A DNA stretch of 64,000 nt from Thermodesulfobacteriota bacterium (GTDB lineage: Bacteria > Desulfobacterota_D > UBA1144 > Nemesobacterales > UBA2774), in NCBI GenBank assembly GCA_963422265.1, contig OY729416.1, positions 1,664,001 to 1,728,000 of the forward strand. Direction: 5' to 3'. The position numbers were made by a program, and so were the translations under genes. Position 1 is the stretch's first letter, and every line of letters begins with the position of its first letter. Below the pieces are notes generated by a model, which worked only from the letters and a program-made list of their open reading frames with translations, was not told the origin of the DNA and did not search any database. Positions 52,662-60,856 of the stretch are shown here, piece by piece.

Positions 52662-52904
52662 ATGTCAGATACTTTCAATATCGTTGCAAGTTGGGATATT
52701 GAGGCTTCAGTTTGGGTTGCTACCAGTGATGATGTTATTGGACTTGTAGCTGAAGCTCCTACAGTTGAAAAACTGTTGGAAAAACTCAAAATCCTTATTC
52801 CAGAATTACTTGAGCTCAATCATTCTATTCTAGAAGAGAAACGCTCCCAAATCTCTATGCTTTTATCAAGAGTCATTTCAATGCAAGAACTTCAAATAGC
52901 TTAA
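52662..52904 (+). CDS. DUF1902 / HicB-like antitoxin
   Basis: ASWDIEASVWVATSDDVIGLVAEAPTVEKL..LIPELLELN; followed by a hicA-like gene. Confidence 0.8.
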   Translation: MSDTFNIVASWDIEASVWVATSDDVIGLVAEAPTVEKLLEKLKILIPELLELNHSILEEKRSQISMLLSRVISMQELQIA

Positions 52905-52909
52905 CTTTT

Positions 52910-53104
52910 GTGGCTAATTATACAGAAGATTTGAAAAGAATTCTTCGCAAGGAAGGGTGTTACTTTAAGCATCAGGGTAAAGGCGACCATGAAATCTGGT
53001 AAAGTCCCAAATCTGACCGATATTTTCCAGTTGACAATGCAATCAAATCTCGTCATACAGCAAATAAAATTCTAAAACAAGCAGGGCTAAAAAAAGCCTT
53101 TTAG
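52910..53104 (+). pseudogene. HicA-family toxin with an internal stop
   Basis: VANYTEDLKRILRKEGCYFKHQGKGDHEIW*SPKSDRYFPVDNAIKSRHTANKILKQAGL; TAA at 53000-53002. Confidence 0.85.
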
Positions 53105-53243
53105 CTGGCAATTTATCACTCATCTTACTTGATTGGTAGAAATATGTTATAATTTATAAGTAATCTAAGTAATAAGGAGGTGAAAAAAGGATTCCCCAGC
53201 TTTAATTAATGAGCATCCGTTGTAAATTATTTGTGTAAATCAC

Positions 53244-53272
53244 TTGACAAATGCACCATCCTTTATTAGTAT
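53244..53272 (+). promoter_or_regulatory. Sigma70-like promoter upstream of surface-protein paralogue 2
   Basis: TTGACA-17bp-TAGTAT. Confidence 0.7.
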
Positions 53273-53289
53273 GAGAGATAGGTAAGGAA

Positions 53290-53323
53290 GTTAATCCTTG
53301 ATAAGCGTATTTAGCAAGCATTA
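53290..53323 (+). repeat. 34-bp site, inverted copy 2 (13-6-13 dyad)
   Basis: GT-TAATCCTTGATAA-GCGTAT-TTAGCAAGCATTA; arms are 11/13 complementary. Confidence 0.9.
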
Positions 53324-53420
53324 GTTTCAGGGTTAGTAGCGAAGGTAATAAGTTTCAGGGTTAGTAGCGAAGGTAATAAGAGGTAAAAAAACATAATTCA
53401 TTCTTAGAGGAGGTAGTAAA

Positions 53421-54467
53421 ATGGTTATTAGTAGCATCATCAGTTTTTGCAGTTCACTTCCCCGCATTACGTTGGGGATAGGGGTTATTGGCTTTTTGTT
53501 GTGTAGCTTGTTCGTTCTTACGCCACAAGCCGAAGCGGAGCTTTGTGAGATAGATTACGAGCAAAAGACGGACAACAAAGGTGCAAAGCTTACTAACATC
53601 ACTGGATCCCCGCTGATGTTAAAAGTAGTACTTTTGGATGCATCATCAGTCTTTTCGAAACTCGAAATTTTTGAGACGGGGACAACGGGGAAAGCTAAAG
53701 TTACTTCTTCTTTCTGCGGTGACAAGTTCACCGACAGTGCCTCGAGCCGGATGTTAGGTCAAGACTCTAAAGAAAATGATGGGAAAAAATATAGGGTAAT
53801 AGCGACAATAACAAAAGAAGCTCTAGAAGGAGGGAATCTAACAGCGTTTAAGACATTAGGTAGTAGTACTAGTGGTTCAATTACAAATCCTCTTGCACCA
53901 TCTGCACCATCTATAAAGGAGCTTCATCTTACTGTTGTTGATTCTGAAGGGAAGGAAGTTTCCCCACTGGGACTTAATCCCAACCTGTTTGGGTCTTTAA
54001 GTGGACTGGAAGTGCTTAGGGTAAATGCAGAAGCGTATAATCCTTCCGCCGCTGTTAGTAGTCCTATTATTATAGAAGTAACGCGCAAGGGTGGTGGAGC
54101 TCTTATTACTACAGGGAAAATGGAACCTAATGGCAACTTAATAGCAAAGATGGTTAATCCTAATGGGACGGTAGGGGTCGAGTTGAACATAGCGCGTGAC
54201 TTAAAGGCGGGAATGATTGTGAATGATGGTAGTTTCCCGCGTCCGGGAAGTCAGGGTAAGGATGGTAAGGATGGTAAGGATGGTAAGGATGGTAAGGATG
54301 GTAAGGATGGTGCATCGGGAGAACAGGGACCACGCGGACCTGAAGGAGATTCTGGATGCGCCTTAGCACCATCTGGAAGTTCTAGCTCTTCCTTTTCCCC
54401 AGTTGTTTATCTGTTAATCCCGGCGTTTATCTTAGTCGGTAGGCTGTGGAGAAGGTTACAAGCGTAA
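53421..54467 (+). CDS. Secreted surface protein with (GKD)n collagen-like repeat and Cys-containing C-terminal tail (paralogue 2)
   Basis: Signal peptide ending AEA; 9-bp GGTAAGGAT x6; GDSGCALAPSGSSSSSFSPVVYLLIPAFILVGRLWRR. Confidence 0.8.
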   Translation: MVISSIISFCSSLPRITLGIGVIGFLLCSLFVLTPQAEAELCEIDYEQKTDNKGAKLTNITGSPLMLKVVLLDASSVFSKLEIFETGTTGKAKVTSSFCGDKFTDSASSRMLGQDSKENDGKKYRVIATITKEALEGGNLTAFKTLGSSTSGSITNPLAPSAPSIKELHLTVVDSEGKEVSPLGLNPNLFGSLSGLEVLRVNAEAYNPSAAVSSPIIIEVTRKGGGALITTGKMEPNGNLIAKMVNPNGTVGVELNIARDLKAGMIVNDGSFPRPGSQGKDGKDGKDGKDGKDGKDGASGEQGPRGPEGDSGCALAPSGSSSSSFSPVVYLLIPAFILVGRLWRRLQA

Positions 54468-54541
54468 CAATAATTAAGCATGAGGGGAGGAGAGTTTTTT
54501 CTTTCCCTCTTTAATCCAATTGAGACGAAGGAGGATCTAAA

Positions 54542-55339
54542 ATGAGTAAGATAAGTTATTTCAGTTCATATTCCCAGGTTGTATTGAGTATAGGAGTTGT
54601 TAGCTTTTTGTTGTTTAGTTTGTTTGTTCTAGCGTCCCCAGCCAGGGCGGGGATTTGTGATGATGATGGTTCTGTAACGGTTTTTGAAGTTGAAATGGAT
54701 ACTAAGGCCAGTAGTGTCTTCGAAGAAGAAGGCAAAGAAGTGGGAGACACTAAAGAGGTATGCACCCCTTCTTCCTCTGACGGCTCACCACCAGATAAGT
54801 ATTATCGGATAAAAACGGAAGAGCCTATAAAGTCCGATACGCTTAAAGACGCTGGATCAGTAACGCACGTTGAGACAACAGAAGATTCGTTACCATTTGC
54901 TGCAGATACGTTTACGGATACACCAAATTTGAAGGAGATTAGGGTACCCGCAAAGCTTAATCCAGAAGGAGCAACAACATCTGTCGAGACAAATCAAGAT
55001 GAAGATAGTTCAACGAACAAAATCACAGTAAGTATTTATAGTGACGTTGGAACAATTGTAGATGAGAACGGTCATCTCAAAGAAATAGATAATGCAAGTT
55101 GTGACCGGGATGCTACCTACGCTTGTCTTGCTGAAGTGAATGAGGACGGTAGTAGAGGAAAAAAATTGAAGGAAAACGATTTGTCAACAGAGATTGGAGG
55201 ACGGCCATCAGAGACAGCGAAGAAAGATGGAGACGACGGCGGTTGCGCGCTAGCGTCATCTGGAAGTGCCAACTTCGCTTTCCCTCTGTTATTACTGTTT
55301 ATCCCGGCATTTATTCTTGCTAGAAGATTAGGCAAGTAA
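54542..55339 (+). CDS. Secreted surface protein with Cys-containing C-terminal tail (paralogue 3)
   Basis: Signal peptide ending ARA then GICDDDG; DDGGCALASSGSANFAFPLLLLFIPAFILARR. Confidence 0.8.
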   Translation: MSKISYFSSYSQVVLSIGVVSFLLFSLFVLASPARAGICDDDGSVTVFEVEMDTKASSVFEEEGKEVGDTKEVCTPSSSDGSPPDKYYRIKTEEPIKSDTLKDAGSVTHVETTEDSLPFAADTFTDTPNLKEIRVPAKLNPEGATTSVETNQDEDSSTNKITVSIYSDVGTIVDENGHLKEIDNASCDRDATYACLAEVNEDGSRGKKLKENDLSTEIGGRPSETAKKDGDDGGCALASSGSANFAFPLLLLFIPAFILARRLGK

Positions 55340-55360
55340 GCCTTATTCTCTCTATAACTA

Positions 55361-55401
55361 GGGCGGAAGGGATTTTATTATTCCTTCTGCCCTCCTCTTT
55401 T
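55361..55401 (+). terminator. Probable intrinsic terminator
   Basis: GGGCGGAAGGGA / TTCCTTCTGCCC hairpin followed by a pyrimidine run. Confidence 0.55.
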
Positions 55402-55409
55402 CCCATCCT

Positions 55410-55650
55410 ACCCATTCCATCATTTTGTAGGGGTAGCTCTTCCCCAATCAAGCTGGAGACATGCGTGGTTGTCTTAACCCTCCTTTACGAAAGGAGGGGA
55501 ATATCTCCTTCTCCCCCTTTAGAAAAGGGGGATATAGGGGGATTTGATAGGGCATCGGGGAACGAGTCCCTTCCTTATCCGTCATTCCCAACTGTATTGG
55601 GAATCCAGAAGGAGAAAAGGGGAACGAGAGTCCCTTCCTCACATAATCCC
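55410..55650. repeat. Mosaic REP array
   Basis: CCCTCCTTTACGAAAGGAGGGG, CCCCCTTTAGAAAAGGGGG, CGTCATTCCC..GGGAATCC. Confidence 0.8.
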
Positions 55651-55706
55651 CCATAACGCCTTTATCGCAGACAAAAAGACCAAAAGCAGATAAACTTTCA
55701 ACTAAC

Positions 55707-56876
55707 ATGAAGGAAGCGCGCTCTTTTCAAAATCTGCTTAAAGACAAGATTTACACTGTTTCAGAAATCACAGCCAGGATAAAGGAGACCCTAGAAAATA
55801 AAATTGGATTCGAGCAAGTGTGGGTCGCGGGAGAGATCTCAAATTTCAGGGGCAATTACTCAAGTGGACACTGGTATTTCTCGTTAAAGGACTCAGGGGC
55901 TCAGATATCAGCGGTATGCTTCAAATGGGCTAATCAGTACATAAAGTTCACGCCCGAAAACGGTATGGAAGCTATATGCTACGGTCGGCTGAGCGTTTAT
56001 GAAAAGCAGGGATCATATCAATTAAACGTCAGGCACATAGAGCCTAAAGGAGTAGGTGCTCAGGCGATTGCTCTTGAGCAGTTAAAAGAGAAACTCCAAG
56101 CAGAGGGATTATTTGACAAGGCGAGAAAGAGACCTCTTCCCTATCTTCCGCGTAAGATCGGCGTCGTAACCTCCCCTACGGGCGCGGCTATCAGAGACAT
56201 TCTAAAGGTATTAGATAGGCGATTTCCAAACTTGCGGATATTGATCTCACCCACGAGGGTTCAGGGCGGCGAAGCAGCGAAAGACATCGTAACCGCCATT
56301 AACAGGCTATATAAAATACAAGGGGTTGATTTAATCATTCTGGCGAGGGGCGGGGGTTCTAAAGAGGACCTTTGGTGCTTTAACGACGAGGCTCTTGCGC
56401 GGGAAATAGTAAAATCCCCTGTCCCTATAATCTCTGCAGTAGGGCATGAGATTGATGTTACAATAGCGGACATTGTAGCCGATGCGCGCGCCGCAACTCC
56501 TTCTATGGCGGCGGAGATAGCCGTTAAGGAAAAGGACGAGCTAATGCGAGAACTGACAGAGCTAAGAGCCAAGATGGCAGGCGCTCTTAAAAATCGGATT
56601 GAACTTCTCGCCAGGGAAATAGATCAAATCCAATCCGAGTTAGTCTCCCACGTTAAGGCAAGGATTGAAGCTGCCAACGCCGAATTGGGCAGGCTCTCGG
56701 GAAAGCTTGACGCCCTGAGCCCGCTCAAGGTGCTTGACAGGGGTTACAGCATCACCTACAAACTCCCCTCAATGAAAGTAGTTAGAGAATCCAGCCAGCT
56801 AGAAAAAGGGGATGAAGTCCTTATCAGCTTTAGCAAAGGCAGAGCGATTTGCTTGGTTAAAGAGACGGAGAATTAG
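55707..56876 (+). CDS. xseA: Exodeoxyribonuclease VII large subunit
   Basis: GEISNF..SGHWYFSLKD, TSPTGAAIRD, ARGGGS, SAVGHEID, LSPLKVLDRGYS. Confidence 0.96.
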   Translation: MKEARSFQNLLKDKIYTVSEITARIKETLENKIGFEQVWVAGEISNFRGNYSSGHWYFSLKDSGAQISAVCFKWANQYIKFTPENGMEAICYGRLSVYEKQGSYQLNVRHIEPKGVGAQAIALEQLKEKLQAEGLFDKARKRPLPYLPRKIGVVTSPTGAAIRDILKVLDRRFPNLRILISPTRVQGGEAAKDIVTAINRLYKIQGVDLIILARGGGSKEDLWCFNDEALAREIVKSPVPIISAVGHEIDVTIADIVADARAATPSMAAEIAVKEKDELMRELTELRAKMAGALKNRIELLAREIDQIQSELVSHVKARIEAANAELGRLSGKLDALSPLKVLDRGYSITYKLPSMKVVRESSQLEKGDEVLISFSKGRAICLVKETEN

Positions 56877-57943
56877 GAGACGAGGCTATTAAGCTCTTGC
56901 GCAACGTAGAACTCAATACCCGCGCCCCTGAAAACCTTTTGAACTTGCTCTGACGGGGGGTGATCCGTGAATACGTATTTCGCCCTGCCTCCGACGTCCT
57001 TTTTGAGTTTTTTCTTAGGCGACTGCCCATTTAAGCCCAACTGCACTCTTTCATAGATTCTTTCTATTCCTTCCCTAGTTTCAAATATGATAGACGGTTT
57101 AACTTCTAGTATATCTCTATAGAAATCCTTTCTTGACTCAGTCGTGCACGCCATACTACCCTTGTATAGAGTGAGGTAATTGATTAGAGTCGAAAACGGA
57201 CTTATGGAAGGCATGTATGAAAAAGCCTGATCTTCGGTAGTTATGGATAGAGGCGCTTGACAGATGCTGTCTAGTGCTTTAATTACATCGCCTTGCGACG
57301 CCCTTTTGATCCCGTTACGCATCGGAAAGACGAGGGCAGTCAAAGAGGCGTTCAGATTTTTCGGTATCTCCATCAACTCGTCCAGGATTTTCCTTTTTCT
57401 CATCATCCCATATTTCAGCACAGTCTGAAAATTCGTTATCCTCTCGTTTTTTACCCTCTCATTGTGAAAAAAGATTACCTTCTCTACCATAGGCAGATTA
57501 TCTAGCGAGCGGATGAATAGACCTGATGCATCCCACCCCCTGTTCTCATGGGGACGGGCAAGAGCGGGCAGGGATTCTCGCCCAACAAATACGAACTTAG
57601 CCTCTAAACGATTTGCCATCTCTACAATTTCCTCAACCATGTCTCTATCTCTGAACGGTAGGGGGCTACCGCCACCGCATAGTGGGACGATGATTCCACC
57701 TAGATGATAAACAGCTATCTCCGTTGAAATAGCCTCGAGCCTATTTGCCGATGCTATGATTACCGTATCACCTCTTGCCAGACCGAGATCCATAAGATAC
57801 GCGGCTATATTTTTGACCTGTCCATCAAAGTCTAGCCAAGTGATTTGTTTCCAACTCCAGCCATCTCTACGTTGAAACAGCAGCTTTGCGCCGTGCTCTT
57901 TCACGCGGTTCTCAATCAACCCTGGTATAGTATTTGCAGGCAT
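56873..57943 (-). CDS. AMP-binding domain protein (degenerate acyl-CoA synthetase-like)
   Basis: N-terminus resembles long-chain acyl-CoA ligases (WKQITW, LGLARGD, GGIIVPL); P-loop not recognisable; short. Confidence 0.65.
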   Translation of the reverse strand: MPANTIPGLIENRVKEHGAKLLFQRRDGWSWKQITWLDFDGQVKNIAAYLMDLGLARGDTVIIASANRLEAISTEIAVYHLGGIIVPLCGGGSPLPFRDRDMVEEIVEMANRLEAKFVFVGRESLPALARPHENRGWDASGLFIRSLDNLPMVEKVIFFHNERVKNERITNFQTVLKYGMMRKRKILDELMEIPKNLNASLTALVFPMRNGIKRASQGDVIKALDSICQAPLSITTEDQAFSYMPSISPFSTLINYLTLYKGSMACTTESRKDFYRDILEVKPSIIFETREGIERIYERVQLGLNGQSPKKKLKKDVGGRAKYVFTDHPPSEQVQKVFRGAGIEFYVAQELNSLVS

Positions 57944-58009
57944 GTAGAATCCTCGGTGTTTTAGTTCAAACGCCTTATCATGCTTAGAGATAACAACTCG
58001 CAGCGTCTT

Positions 58010-58982
58010 GAACGTGCGCTGCCCTGAACGTATTGAAGGGTTGAACAGTGGCTTTACCCATCTTCATCTAAGCGGGGAAGGATAGCTACTACAAAAGGGG
58101 TTGGCAACTACAGTTCAGGACAGCGCTAGGGTCCCTCCCCTACAGGTAAACAAGAAAATCCACCCTATCCCTCCTTTACAAAAGGAGGGGAATATCTCCT
58201 TCTCCCCCTTTAGAAAAGGGGGATACAGGGGGATTTGATAGGGCATCGGGGAACGAACCCCTTCCTTATTCCCCATCTCCCTACTTAAATACACACAGGG
58301 AGATGCTTCCGCAGGAATGACGGACAGTGGTATGAATTCTCACCCCTCCCATCATTATTGTAGGGGTAACCCTTGTGGTTGCCCTTTTCTTTGCCTTTAT
58401 AAAAGGAGGGGAATATCTTCTCTAACTCCTGAACCTGTAGAAGGGCAAAGCACAACTGAGAAACCTAGTCTTTTCCCCCTCTCCCCCTGGAAGAGGGACA
58501 CAGGGTGAGGGTGTTTTCATCATTCCTGCCCCCGAGCGGGAATACAGTAAGAGGGGTGGGGAACGAAAACATTCCTCATATACTCCCCCTTTAGAAAAGG
58601 GGGATATAGGGGGATTTGATAGGGCATCGGGGAATGAACCCCTTCCTTATCCCCCATCTCCCTACTTAAATACACACAGGGAGATGCTTCCACAGGAATG
58701 ACGGACAGGGGTATGAATTCTCACCCCTCCCTTCCTTTCGTAGGGGTAACCCTTGTGGTTGCCCTTTTCTTTGCCTTTACCTCAGGGCGACTACAAGAGT
58801 CGCCCCTACAAACAAAAAGAAAATCCACCCTATCCCTCCTTTACCAAAGGAGGGGAATATCTCCTTCTCCCCCTTTAGAAAAGGGGGATATAGGGGGATT
58901 TGATAGGAGTCGGAGAACGAAGATTCTTCCTTTCCTTGTGTCTCCCTTCCCTACTAGATTCCTGCTTCCGCAGGAATGACGA
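58010..58982. repeat. Mosaic REP array with a ~380-bp-spaced internal duplication
   Basis: 58203-58400 resembles 58584-58780; same modules as elsewhere. Confidence 0.88.
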
Positions 58983-59075
58983 GGAGGGGGTATTCCCGTG
59001 TGGGTTAGGAGGACGGCGTCTGATAACGTAAATTGTAGTTAAGACAATTTATTAAGGTTATAATTCCCTACTAGG

Positions 59076-60368
59076 ATGTCGGTTGAAATAATTAAAGGAG
59101 GCTCTAGGCGACTCAGGGGTGAGGTGACACCTCCGGGGGACAAGTCTATATCGCACAGGTCTATTATCTTGAGCTCTCTTGCGCTGGGAAAATCAAGGGT
59201 AAGTGGATTTCTGAACTCTGACGATGCGACTTCTACCGCCAATGCGATGAGGGCGCTTGGAATCCGAGTAGAGACTAAAGGAGGGGGCGAAATCCAGATA
59301 GAGGGCAAGGGGCTTTACGGGTTGAGAGCGTCCAAGGGGGTTATAGATGCTGGCAACTCCGGAACTACTGCCAGATTGTTGATAGGATTACTAAGCGCTC
59401 AGCCCTTTGACTCTCGTATCACGGGGGATAAATATCTAAGGGCAAGACCTATGAGAAGGGTGGTAAATCCCCTGAGGCTTATGGGGGCTAGGATTGATGG
59501 AGTGGAAGATGGAGGCAGGCTTCCCCTTGCCATACGCGGGAGTAGGCTAACGGGAATATCATATCAATCGCCCGTAGCCAGCGCTCAAGTGAAATCGGGG
59601 CTTCTTTTAGCCGGGCTTTACGCTGATGGGAGGACTGAGGTGATAGAGCCTAATCCAACTAGAGACCACACAGAGAGAATGCTCTCTTATTTCGGGGTTA
59701 AACTTGTCGTGAATGACAACGTCATTGCTATAGAGAAGCCCGATGAATTTATGGGGACGAATATCTCGGTTCCGGGTGATATTTCTTCTGCGGCTTTTTT
59801 TATAGTCGCTGCATTGATAAACCCAAACTCAGAGATACTAATCAAAAACGTGGGCATAAACCCCCTTAGAACAGGGGTTTTGGAGATTCTAACGAAAATG
59901 GGTGGTAACATAGAGATTTTAGATAAACGGGAAGTAAGTGGGGAGCCAGTGGCGGACGTGCTTGTTAGGTCAAGCGATTTGCGCTCAACGGAAATAGGGG
60001 GCGACCTGATTCCCAAGGCGATTGATGAGCTTCCCGTGATATCAGTAGCGGCGTGTTTTGCAGAGGGGCGGACTATAATTAAAGACGCCGGCGAGCTAAG
60101 GGTTAAGGAGACTGATAGGATCAGGGCTATGACCTCTGAGCTTAATAAGCTAGGCGCGCACGTAGAGGAATTGAAGGATGGGATGTCAATTGAGGGAAAT
60201 GAATCGCTGAGGGGGGCAAGGTGCTCGAGCTGGGGCGATCACAGAATAGCTATGGCTATAGCGGTAGCCGGGACGAGAGCCCGAGGGGAGACTGAAATTG
60301 AGAACGCCGTCGCCGTCGCTATATCCTATCCAGGCTTTTTCGCGACGCTAAGCGGGTTGAGCGCGTGA
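59076..60368 (+). CDS. aroA: 3-phosphoshikimate 1-carboxyvinyltransferase
   Basis: PGDKSISHR, GNSGTT, SAQVKS, RDHTE, LRVKETDR, DHRIAM. Confidence 0.98.
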   Translation: MSVEIIKGGSRRLRGEVTPPGDKSISHRSIILSSLALGKSRVSGFLNSDDATSTANAMRALGIRVETKGGGEIQIEGKGLYGLRASKGVIDAGNSGTTARLLIGLLSAQPFDSRITGDKYLRARPMRRVVNPLRLMGARIDGVEDGGRLPLAIRGSRLTGISYQSPVASAQVKSGLLLAGLYADGRTEVIEPNPTRDHTERMLSYFGVKLVVNDNVIAIEKPDEFMGTNISVPGDISSAAFFIVAALINPNSEILIKNVGINPLRTGVLEILTKMGGNIEILDKREVSGEPVADVLVRSSDLRSTEIGGDLIPKAIDELPVISVAACFAEGRTIIKDAGELRVKETDRIRAMTSELNKLGAHVEELKDGMSIEGNESLRGARCSSWGDHRIAMAIAVAGTRARGETEIENAVAVAISYPGFFATLSGLSA

Positions 60369-60378
60369 GGCGTTTCTA

Positions 60379-60750
60379 CTAAGGCGTGGAGAAAGGGGAG
60401 AAACTCGCGGTCTTCTCCCGATTTCCCTCTTTATTAACCCCCGGGTCCGCCGACTCTTTCTGAGACTGGGTCGTTTGTTTGAGCTCAGCTTCCAATTGCC
60501 GTATTCTGTTTTTTAGTGTGGATCTGTTGGAAACCGTTTGGAACACGCCCATAAGTAAAGCCAATAGCCCTCCGATAACAAACGAGCAGACAATAATAAC
60601 TATGTTCGTAGTTAAGTAGGGGCCTATAGAATAAGCCCTAAGGTCAAATCTAAGTTCAAACTTATGGGTGAATACTTCAAGATTCTGAGTGTAAAGTATG
60701 GCGAAAGAGGTTACCAGTAAAATTACTAATAGCGCTTTTACGAATCTCAT
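60379..60750 (-). CDS. LapA-like membrane protein
   Basis: TM-QN-beta-TM-coiled-coil layout; downstream of rpsA-sppA. Confidence 0.55.
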   Translation of the reverse strand: MRFVKALLVILLVTSFAILYTQNLEVFTHKFELRFDLRAYSIGPYLTTNIVIIVCSFVIGGLLALLMGVFQTVSNRSTLKNRIRQLEAELKQTTQSQKESADPGVNKEGNREKTASFSPFSTP

Positions 60751-60856
60751 CGCTTATCCCCCTTCAGGCGGTTTTTAATCTTTGTCAAGAGTCTAGTAAA
60801 TACCCTCTCCCCCTTATATATCCTATTAAACGCAAGCGCCCAAAGCGTTTTCACTC

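Noticed and set aside
50866-55339. Diversity-generating retroelement behind the variable surface proteins
   Set aside because: No reverse transcriptase and no TR/VR pair with adenine-specific differences
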